A stretch of 64,000 nucleotides of DNA from Camelus ferus (taxonomy: Eukaryota): positions 59,398,001 to 59,462,000 of the forward strand of contig NC_045707.1 in NCBI RefSeq assembly GCF_009834535.1. Direction: 5' to 3'. The notes under the pieces were generated by a model. The model did not search any database, had not been told where the DNA came from, and was given only the letters and a program-made list of their open reading frames with translations. Both the position numbers and the translations under genes were made by a program. Shown here piece by piece: positions 29,224 to 41,200 of the stretch (position 1 is the first letter of the stretch; every line of letters starts with the position of its first letter).

Positions 29224-32200
29224 TTAAAAGGAAGAGTTGTCTAAGAGAAGAAAATAAGTGGCATTTTAAGTCTCTCCTGTTTGTTCCCTGAAGATGCTTT
29301 TGGACTGACCTGCATCCGGTTCATGGCTTCCCGGATCTGATCAAGATGATGAGCAGAGCTGAGGGCTTCCAGCCGAATATCCGTTAATTTTAATTCCTTT
29401 TCTCTGAGCTCACTCTTCAGCTGCAGAATTATCTCTGCCTCAGCCTCTGTGCATTCACAGATCCTGAAGACAGAAATAAGCACGAATTCAGTGGTTAGGG
29501 GGAAGCCAGAGGATTAGGAGATGCAAGGCTTCTTTAAAAAGCTGAACTGCAATATTAGCCAGCAGATACAGCAATTATTTGCTGCTGGCAAAACCTAGAG
29601 AAAAGGAGAAGGAGTTTTACAAACAGTAATACATTCACAGGTTCAAAACTGCCAAGAGTAGCTGTCTCTTTCTTTGAATCTTTTCTTCCTCTTTTCTGAA
29701 GCTTAAAAACAATCTACCATTGCTGTATATAAAGTGATTCTCAAAACTCCCCTGTTGCTAACATTCAGGAAGCTGAAGAGTCATGGTATTACTCCATCTC
29801 ATTCTACCAGTTTTCCGGGGACATAAGTCTCTATTTACAACAACTGAAATCTTTCTTCAAAGCAAAGTTATGACGTCCTTAAAATGTTGATCTCTTGTTT
29901 TGCCAAATTTTGCAAAGGATGACCTGATTTGCCACAATGCTGTCTTCAGGTTACCATGAAACCTCAATACACACATTGCAGAAAATAAATCAGGGAGATT
30001 AGTTTTGGACATTTAAATAATGGATGAGGGTTGCATAATCCTCCCAGGAGGCTCAGTTGATTGAGGAGATTAGCTAATGAAGCTGAATCACAGGTTTCAA
30101 CCCAAACAAGCCGGCTAGCTGGGGGCTGTGTGAAGGTCATACACATTACATCCTTTTGGTTGTTTTATTGCTGTTTGGTAGACAGCTTTGTAGGAAATAC
30201 GTCAAAAGGATTTGTTTTATATAAACAAGTATCTTTTCCATTGAAAATGTAAGGATTGAGTTGCTGGTCACAGGCTGATGGTGCTACGTTCTTCCTCCTT
30301 GCATAAGTCAGGAAGTTATATGGGGTGCACAAGGGTCTTACAGCGTCCTACCAGGGGCCTTGGCCCTATGACAGGTCTAGGCTAGCCATTGTCATGGGCA
30401 CGTGAGGAAATCTGATTTAAATAGTACCCAGAGCGGGGAGGGTATAGCTCAGTGGTAGAGTGCATGCCTAACATGCATGAGGTCCTGGGTTTAATCCCCT
30501 GTACCTCCTCTAAAAATACATACATACATACATACATACATAAACAGACAAACAAATACATAAACAAATAAACCTAATTACCTCCCCTCCAAAATTTAAA
30601 AAAAATAAATAGTACCCAAGAACAAAGATAATCACTGGAGCACATGTTTCTACAGTCTAAATGTTTTATCCTTTCTTGTGACATCAGTTAGTGGGACACA
30701 ATAAAAAAAAGTTATATTAGATTGTCTAACGCAATTAAAGAAAAATGGCTTGCAGTTTGTCTGGAGGAAACCAAATTTTACTTCCAAAAGAGGAGGACAG
30801 AAGAGGTTTTCATGGTTGAAATGCATGCAAGTGATTTTAGAAAAAGCAAAAGCGAGGAGCAGTGCTTAGGTTAGAACCTGAGTCTTGGCAATTTGCATGC
30901 AACACACTCCATTTTACCGGGATCTATGCTTGTAGATCACAGGGCCATTTTGCCGTTTCTTTGGTGGCCAGGCAAGGGGTGACCTGCATTTAACGCACAG
31001 TTAGACAGATGCACGGACCAATGCAAGTGAAAAGACGGGAGGATAACTGAGAAGAGCTGAGCCTGAGATCAAGAAACACTCAAGTTCTAATATAAGGAAA
31101 ATGAAGGAGAAACAAATGCTGTGTCTGCCATTCTAAGGAAGATCTGGAAATGGCTGGCACAGAGAGGGCACTGCAGCTGTGAAGGGACAACCTGGGTCTG
31201 TTCAGAGCACGGGTCCGGGCTTGCTGTTTTCAGCAAACACTTAGGCATCCTGCGGAGGGAGAGACTTACGCGGAGGCGGACTGTGAGGGCTTCATGGAGG
31301 TTGAGCCACAGTCACCGGCACCGTGGGGCAACTTGGGGGAGGCCGGCAGGGAAGAGTCCGTCAGCTCCTCAATGTCCGAGTGTGAGGAAGGAGGCTTGGT
31401 GGACTTTTTCTTCCCAAAGGCTTGTTTGAATGAGCTTCTCAGCTGCAAGAAGAGCAGAAATTACCTTTCCTGTCTATTTGCACATGGGGAATTTTGCTTT
31501 GGGCCGTTAGTTTGCAGGCGCCATCCTAGCCACTGCCTGGGGTCAGTATGTATAAGCAGAGGATTAACAGCTGCAGCACAGTATCTCTAAAAAAAAAAAA
31601 AAAAGATACCGTGTTTTGTGTTTTTGTTTGATTCTTGTATTAATCCAGCGCAGCGCAAACATGGAAGGCTTTTCAAAAGTGCAGGGTCAAGGGCATGGCT
31701 GTCAGAGCACTCATTTAAAACTAAGTACCTTGAAGGGATCTCCATTCCCAGTGCCCCTCTCTTCAAGGCAATTGGTTTTAAATGGCCACTTTAGCGCTAC
31801 AATCAAGTCATGGCCTGCTGACAGGATAAACTTAAAAAGCAAAATGAAATCAGATTCACCGAACACTTCATTAATTGTGATTTTTTTCTATTCAAATTTT
31901 CAGTTCCCGGACTATGCAAGACCAGAATCGGTATCCCCTACAGAGCTCTTCGGAAAGTAGTTTTACATCTCTTGAAAATTTGAGATTAAAATGAAAAGAC
32001 GCAAAGGAAAGACATACAAGGTAATCTGTTTTTAAAAGGTATAAAAGCCCCCTGCCAAAATGAATAGCATTCATGCCAAGGGTGGGTATTTTTAGAGATG
32101 CATGCCAAATTGTCCACGGTTTATATTCACCTCACTTCCTCTAGAGTTCACCTTGCAGAAACATGAAAGAGTGTGGAATTACAAATCAAGGGAATGAAGG

Positions 32201-35200
32201 CTGATCAGTATTTTAAAATATTACCTGCATAAACATTTTTTTAAAACAAAAAAGATATTTCTTTCATTATTTATAGAAGGCATTCCAGTAAAATCCTCTG
32301 CTAGTTATATTTTGGATTTCTTCAAGAGTTGTACTTTTCTTTCATGGCATTAAAAGGAATCCTTTATTTCGTTGTTTTTAAACATTCTGTAGTGATAGCA
32401 TCTTCCCCTCAGTTTTCCAGCAACTACTTAACATCATAAATTATATTTCTAGCAAACTTAAGGCATAGTTCTGTTAAAGTACATTTCTATATTTCTACTA
32501 CATTCTTTTGGTAAATATATATATCTTATATATATAGTTGATTTCCTATATGGTGACATTTCACACGATAAGCCCTGATGATGCAAGGGGTAGAGGGGCC
32601 TTCAAGGTCTCTTCTTTCCCTTTTACCAATTCCATTTTTTCTACTCTTCCTCCATTAGCATTATCGCCATCACCACCACCATCACCACCACCATCACTAT
32701 CATCACCACCACCATCACTATCACCACCACCACCACCACCATTATTATCATCACCACCACCACCATCACTATCATCACCACCACCATCACCACCATCACC
32801 ACCACCATCACCACCACCACTATCACCACCACCATCACCATCACCACTATCATCACCACCATCACTATCATCACCACCACCATCACTATTACCACCACCA
32901 CCATCACTATCACCACCACCACCATCACTATCACCACCACCACCATCACTATCATCACCACCACCATCACCCACCATCACCATCACCACCACCATCACTA
33001 TCATCACCACCATCACCATCATCACTGCCACCACCACCTTTTTCTTCTTCATCTCCACCTCCACAATTAACCCCTGTCCTGAGCCATTTATTTACAAATG
33101 TTACTCTAGTTTTCTTTACATTGACTCTATCAATTTAGTCAGTATTAATTATCCAACTTTTACAGATGAGAAAATTTAGGCTCCCTTAAAGGTGAAGTAG
33201 TTTCCCTAATATCCAAATAGTAAGCATTAGAGCAGGGGTTCAAACCCAAGTTTAGTTAGTTTCAACTCCAAAAGGCATGCTTTTCAGCTCCATGCTCCCC
33301 AAATCCTGGTGATGAATGCAGCATTTGAGGTGTCAGTCACTTGAATCAGACCTTCTGAAAACAGCTGTGTATCTCTAAAGCCCAAAAGGAAAAAGCCTGA
33401 CTCACTGTGCAGTAATAAGCTTCAAAATTAGATGAATGATAACAGCTTACCCAGTTTTTCTTTTTCTTCTTCTTGGAGTCAGCATCATTACCACTGCCAA
33501 TGCTGGAATGGCTTGTGGCACTGTTGATGCTAGAAACACTTTCAGAGGAATGCTGTCTTCTGATGCGGAGATCTAGCAACAGATAAAGAGCAGCACATTT
33601 ACTCATAAACACTTTCAGTCTGAACAAACAAGCCTTTTAGCCTTTCTGAGAGGAAGTCCTCTAATAAAAGTCAACACGACTTTGTATGGATCATTTCAAT
33701 GCAGCTTTGGTTTTATAAGCTTAATAAAGTACAACCATATTTGCTTTAATTAACCGGGTTATCTGTATTAAGATTCAATGGGAATCTCAAATAAGTCTGT
33801 AGCACTGGTCTTTTAATGAATTCTGAGTTTTGTTCCAAAATGAAATGTTATGCTAGTGATTTTTGCTGAATACCTGAATCAAACAGCGCTTCCAAAATGA
33901 TTTATTCCAAAGGATGTGTTCTGGGGAGTAAATGGAAACTCATAATGGCATGGGAATTAATTGTGTCTTTTTAATATTTGTCCTTTGAATAAAGTCACCG
34001 AAGCCAAATATATTAACTTTCCATTTCACAGAATCATACCATGTTAGAGCCAAAACAAACCTTGCAAGTCATCTAAGTAGCTCATCTCACAGATGGGGCA
34101 ACTGAAATGCAAAGAAGTAACTTGACCAAGGTCAGAGAGCCAATGAGGCGAAGAGCCTCAAGAGAGACTCTGGGTAGATTCTGCATTTATGAATTAAACA
34201 GAAATCATATTTAAGACAGTACAATTCTTCCATCATGCCCCTAATCCTGGCCCATGACTTGAAATAATAATAATAGTAACGATAATAACAACAGGTAATA
34301 ACAAAGCTAGCATTTACTATGTGCTTACTCTGCTCTGGGAGTATCTAATTTTATTCTTAAAGCACTTAAATTCTAACTTTATTCTTATTACACTTAAATG
34401 AGTGTAATTACTAAATATAATTTCCCCACAGTCACACAGCTGAGAAACAGGGGAACCAACTTGAGACTTAGACACATCCTCCTGTCCATTGCGCTAACTG
34501 CCAGGTAATACGGCCTTTCTCTACTCCTAAAAAGCATGCACTGCTTCTCTAGTTAATCAGATGCTTTGAACAGGATACCATTTGACAGAAATCACTTTGT
34601 GAAGATATTCACTCACTTCATATAATCAGCTTATAAGATTTATTTATAGTTATTAAAATTAAAATTGAAATTATTTCTACTTACAGTGAACTGATCTTAA
34701 GTGTTAGTGGAGACACTAACAATTTATAAAATTATTTATAAGGTCAAATATGCTTTTAGACCATTTCTATTACTATATTTAATTGGCATCAATGTAGATT
34801 AGCCCAATAAAAGATCACAGTGGAACTTATAAGATGTCAGAAATTACTATATAGCTTTCAAAAAGCTTCCATAAAAATAATGGTATATAATCAAAGGTTT
34901 CCAGTTGACTAATTTAACTGTAGAATGACTGATGGCAATGGAACACTAACTGGTGGCTTTCAAAACATACAATAAAAAAGTTTATGCATGGGTGTGTAAT
35001 ATACACACATATATCTCCATCCTTAAACTCATATACATACGTGTCAATAAGTCCTTTATTTTTTTCTGTTAAAAGAATAACCATGCTGAAGAATGTTAAT
35101 GAGGGGAAAAAAACCAGAGCTGTTTTTAAGAATCTCTAGAGTTTAGTCTAAAAGCATTATTATTTTTTTTAATGATGACAAAACAACATTTACTGTTTTT

Positions 35201-38200
35201 GCCTGCCAGAAACATTACCAGTGCCAAAATCTAAATCAAGGTGTTTTTGTGTGCTGTTTTGATTCAATAGTAAGGAGGATGGTGCCCCTAAACAACTAAC
35301 AGGAAAATGATACGAATAAGTAACAAAAGGATACGTGTAGGTATTTATTTGTGTTTTAAATTTCTGCTACAGTTGGCTATAAGCTTTTCTGAACAAGATT
35401 AGTATTTGCTAGTTTTCCCTTAATAATTGAATTTTACAAATAGAGTAGATGTAGTAAGTGTTAAAAGTATTCCAGAGTTTTTTTTTTTTTTTCACTATAC
35501 TCAGAACTAGTAACTTATGTTTGACTTCAATTAATCCCAGATCTTAAAAAGATAGGTGAAGTCATCATCATAGGTCAAGAGCAGTTCTTGGGGGTATTAA
35601 TTCAGTTAAACTATGACTGCTTTCCAATAACGATTGGCAAGGGCATAATTTCAATCATATCATCGAATGAAGGGAATGCATTTTACTTTTCTCTAACAAT
35701 TCTTTTCTAGTTTTTGTAAGTATTTGGTTAAGTACATGCAGCATCACAGAGCTCAGGAAAGAATGGTTGACCAAATGAATATCAACAATCTGAATGAATG
35801 GAGAAGCGTATTTAAATATATATCTATATTTCAGTTATATTCAATATATATATATTCATTTATTCATTTTCCACTTCCCACTCTGCACCACCACTGCTCC
35901 AATTCAAGCTGCCACCATCACCTACTTGCTCTAAGAAGGAACAGCTGTCCAATGCACCTTCAAACCACTCTACAAAAAGTAGCTAGAGAAATCTTTTTAA
36001 AGAAAAAAATCTCAGCATCACCTCCTTCCTTAAGACCTTTCAATAGATTCCCATTTCACTATGAATAGAAAACTTTGCAACTCTTAAATATGGCCCGAGA
36101 ACCCCTCAGTAATCTGGTCTTCTCTCTCCAACCTGGTTCTGCCTATTTCCTTTGGTCATTATCTTCCTTGTATCAGTTCCATAAGGGCACTAATCTCCTT
36201 TCTGTTTCAAGACCCTCCTGGAATGCTCTTCTCTCAATATTTGCAATATGGCTTGATAATTATTTCTTGGATCTCCCCTTATACATTGCTATCTGTAATG
36301 GCCTTTCTTGACTATGCAACTGGAATAGGTTCCCTGGTACCTTTGTCCTCTATGACACTTACACTTACTCATTTTAGAACTTATAACTGCACTGATATGC
36401 AGATTCAGCTACACCACCAATCACAACAATTGTTTATTTCTGCTCTCCCTTAACAGTAAAGGTTTAATGGAGCCAAAGACTATGTCTAGTTCCTTTACCA
36501 TGATGTAGTCAGGGAATTGTACATGTGGTAGATAATCAATAAGTCCTTATTGAATATATTATTATTATTCCTTCAATGCAATAGTGAGTTTTACTATTAC
36601 AGAAACACAATCTGAATATCCAATATATACCCCAGCCTTTAAAACTATTTGTTTTTGTTAGTTTTAAATCTTGTAAAATTATTTTTTAAATCTTTCTTGA
36701 CCAATTTGAATATTATGTGTTACCATTTTGTTCATTTGAGGCACCCTTCCCACATTTCCGGGCACAGGAATTCCTATTTTTCAATCCCAGTAGATGTATT
36801 AAGCCACCTGTTGCCAGAGATAAAAGGAATCTTTCCAGAAAGTTTTACTTCAGTGACTTGTACTGGGGTAAAGAAAGGATTAAGCCTTTTTAAATCCCTT
36901 CTGGACCTATTTACGACATGAAGATTTAGAACATAAGCTGCTTTATTATAGCTCTGAGATAAGCTTTAAATATGCGGTAATTTTCCATGCTGCATATAAA
37001 TTAACTCCCCCACATGGAAAGTTGCTAAATTCTTAACAGAAGTAGCCCCTAGAGAACTAGTTTGTCCTTCGATTTCAGTATATCTCATTTTATGTAATTT
37101 TTTTCCTAAAATTTAAATTCAAGTTAAAAAATTTTTTTCCCATAAAATTTGAATAAGCCCTTTTATGTGCAATGGCCACTAGGATTTAAAAAACAAACCA
37201 AATTACCATCAACCAGGAAAGGTGGCCTTTAAATAAATTAAGGCACCAAAGTATAATGCAAATTTTGATGGGGGAGTATAGTTATTTCCAGAAGCATATC
37301 ACAAGAGGACCTCACTTTGTTTTAAGAGTCAAGGAAGCATATTTAGGCTAACTCTTGCAAGATCTTAAAAAGTGTTTATGCTGAACAAACAGGGTAGACA
37401 GTTCCAGGGCGAATAAAGACTCTAAAGAATTGGAAGACATTCTGGGTTGCTGAAATATACAACATGATAAAAAAAAAAAGCAAGACACAAGGTCTAAACA
37501 GTGTCTAGCACGTAATTGCTAATTGATAAATACTTGTTGAATGAATGAGGGTGGAGAAGAGAGATTATGTCATGTTAAGGAGTTAGTATTTCATTTAAAG
37601 GAATGGGGAAACCTGTCAGACATATGCTGTTAGACACCTGCTCTGGTCTTAGTGTGAAGAATGGTACAAAGAGGTGAAAGATGAAGAGCAGGAATGTTAT
37701 TTATGAGTCTGTGGCCACAGTTCATGGGAGAGATGAGGGATAGTGATAGGATCAGAGAAAAGGGAACGAGAGCTATTTCAGGGGTCGAATCAACAGAACT
37801 TGGTGATTTATTGGGTGAGGAGCAGAGGATTTCTGGCAATATGGAAGAATGGTGATGCCATTTACTAAGGCAGAGCAGGTCTGAGAAGGAAGATGATGAG
37901 TTCAAATTTGGAGATGTTGAGTTTCAGGTGACAAACAGACATCCAAAGATAACCGGATGGAGGTCTCTCTTCAGCAGCTGGATATACAGATCTTTAACTC
38001 AAGAGATGAGCCTGGTCTGCGGAGATATATTTGACAGTTATCAACAAATAAGTAATAATTATAGCTAGAGTACAGATTTTTAGATAGGGTGAAGAGAATC
38101 ACAATGTATAAACTCATAATGGAAGAGAGCTTACGACCAGGTTCTAAGAAATATCAACATTTAACAAGTGCATACATATGACTGAACCTACAAGAGGAAC

Positions 38201-41200
38201 TTTGAAAGAGATTTCAAAGGAGCAGAAGAGAAACTAAGAAAGTGGATGTCATGAGCATGAAAAGAAGTGAAAGTTTCAAGTCGGATGGAATGGACATCAG
38301 TATTAAATGCTATCTCCATGACACATACAATAAGAGTTTTAAATGGTGAACTGTATTTAGGGTCCTATAAGTCAATACTGATGCGGGAGAGAACAGTTTT
38401 GGTGGCGTGGTGGGAAGAGGAACCACACTCTATCGGTCTGAAGTGTGACTGGCTGTTGAAGACACTGAAAGAGTCCATAAAGCTTTCCCAAAATTCATCT
38501 GGAAATGAGAAGAGAGAAGGTAGAGCATTCAAGATTTAGGAGAGCATTTTTCAGCAGGTAAAGAGTTGAGCTACCAAAAAGAGTTAGAGCAAGAATAAGT
38601 AGAACCAATGTAAAGAGAAAAATGACATGACATTATCACAGAGTATTTCTGCAGTGGCAAACTAAGGTGTGGGTGGTGGCAGAGAAGATTATTTTATCAT
38701 TGTTTAGAATCACTGAAGCCTAGTCATAACAAAAAAAAACACGCCAACTTCTAGTCCGCTGTCTTCCTGTTTTTAAGTCCCCTGCAAGAAATCTGTCTTT
38801 TTACTGCCCCCACCCAGGACGAGTTGCTCCCAATACCCATCACATCACCATATAGATTATTTTATTTTTGTATCTAGATCTAGATTTTCATACTCCTTGC
38901 TGGGTTTGTTTTGTTTGAAGTCAGATATGAATGTATTAACCAACCTCCCCATACCCACCTTCACCAAATCAATTGCAGAGAAACATGTACAACCACAGAA
39001 GCAAATTCCTTCAGATCAGTTTAAAAATTATTTGATACTGAAAGCTACTACTGAAAGCTATGGTTCTTAAATTCTAGGATTCTGACTGCATCAACACCAG
39101 CTTACTCGGTACTCATAAAAGGCAGTGCCACTGAGTAAAAGCAGCTTTGCTCTAATTAATAAACAAAACAGATGTTCATAATACTGGATGAGAAATGGCA
39201 ATATTTCTAAATGTACCTTTGGGAGGGTGGTCTGGACCGTTCAGCGCCCCTTGAATGGCCGCCTGGGCAGCAGAGTTCTGGGCCTTGAGCATTTCAATGG
39301 TTTCTCTTAGTTCTATCAGTTCAGATTCCTGTGAAACAAACACAATTTAGAAGCTTTAATACTTAGAGAGAAAAGCACAATGTTCTTACTCCTAGTTCAC
39401 CACCAGATGAGTTTGATTTTATGGAGTGCTCACATCCCTGGGAGATTTGGATGCGTGGCTGACCTTTTAAGTTGTATCTTACAACTTCTTACTTGTAAAT
39501 GTAAGAAGCTAAATGTAATGGAGAATTTTAAAAAGATGTCTTGGTTAGTCTGTTATAAACATGATCTGAATTGCCTTTATTCCTTTAAAAGGGTAGTACC
39601 CAAGGCTGACCAGTACAACCTAAAGCAAGATACCACACTGCTCACTTTATATACCAAACTTACGAATACTATCTAGAGGTTATACTACACAGTTAAATGC
39701 CAGCACTGTGCTGGTACATCCTATTGCATTTATTGTTCACTGGAAACCCTGAGTTTTTGTCAGATGAGTGATTTCAGATTTTATCTCATTTATTTTGCAC
39801 TTGGGGAATAGGTTCTTTGTATTCAAATATAAAACCAACCTGGAACTCATTTCTAACTCACTCCTATTAAATGTCACATTATTAAATTCTGCTGGCACAT
39901 CAAGGTCATCAATCTCAAATTCTAGTACTTTTCTTTTTTCCAGTAAAATACCCTTTATTAAGACCCAGTTTCACCATGTCAGAGAATACAGGAATTTTTT
40001 TCAAGTGAATAGAAATGTATGTAATATGTAGTCTTTAAGACTAGTTCAATTATTCTTGAAAGTTCACAAATCAAATTTTTATAAAAACATCTATTTTCTT
40101 ATTGAATTTAGGGTAATTTTAAGATGTGTCTCAGTGAAAAATTCTTGTATAAATCTGATCTTCCAGAGTAATTTAAGTGAGTATTTTTACCAGAAGTAGA
40201 GAACTCACTATGAGGGAGATAAAATAACAACAACAGAAAGGAACTGGAGTGCTGTTTCAGCAGAAGCAATATTTCCAAGATCAAAAACAAGGAGTGTCCT
40301 TCTCGGCAGTGATAGCAATCCTAAAAATTAGAATCCTTGTCAGCCTCTTAGGGGAGAATTCCCCAGTAGTGTAACTTGTCACTCATCATTTTCTCCATCA
40401 TCTTTGGTAGAAAGCTGAAGAACCAAGCTTGGGTTCTTCATTCCATGGTAAGTAGTTGATGCCTGTGCCATGTCTCCCAGAATATAGGAAAAAAGGCAGG
40501 GTTATGACAACTCTCTGCAGGGAACCACTTCATACATGGGAATGTCCAATGACTATTCTAACCTTAGACACTTTTTTTTTTTTTTCCTAAAAAACAGAGA
40601 GATGGTGCTAATTGAAATGATATCCAAGTTTGGAATAGGTACCCGGCACCTCATTTATCTATTTTTGTTGGGTATCTGATATATTCCTGGTAGAGGACAG
40701 TTAACTATTAAAAAAAAAAAACCCTCTTATAGACTTTTGACAGCTTATAAGTCAAAGAATCTCATAATGGAAAATCAGCTGTGACCTCCTGTTTTCATAC
40801 ATTGATCTTCAAATGCTTGACTGCAATTTCATTTGCATCTATTTATCATGAAGGAAAAAAAGTACATGGTGTTGGAAAACTGTCAATATTATGACATAAA
40901 GTTCTGGCACAATTCCTCATAATTTCTCAGTTTCTGCAAGTTCTAGCTATAGTCTATCCCTTGCTCAACCAGTAATAGGTAAGTTTACCAAAAATTAATA
41001 TACTTTCTATTTAAAATAAATCTCCCTAGTGATAAAATATTTACTGGAAATTCACTCTGCTTTTACCAGAAATTTACTCACAAAAGGATACCTATAGTGC
41101 ATACTTAATGAATCATATAATTTAAGTAGTAATTTCACAATATATAGACTAGGATGAATGCCAAAGTTTGAAGTCTGATTTTTCACCCTTGAATTTAAAA

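Noticed and set aside
32538..33179. 213-aa proline-rich ORF and overlapping Gly/Asp- and Val/Met-rich ORFs
   Set aside because: These are by-products of the stop-free trinucleotide array, with no splice or promoter context.
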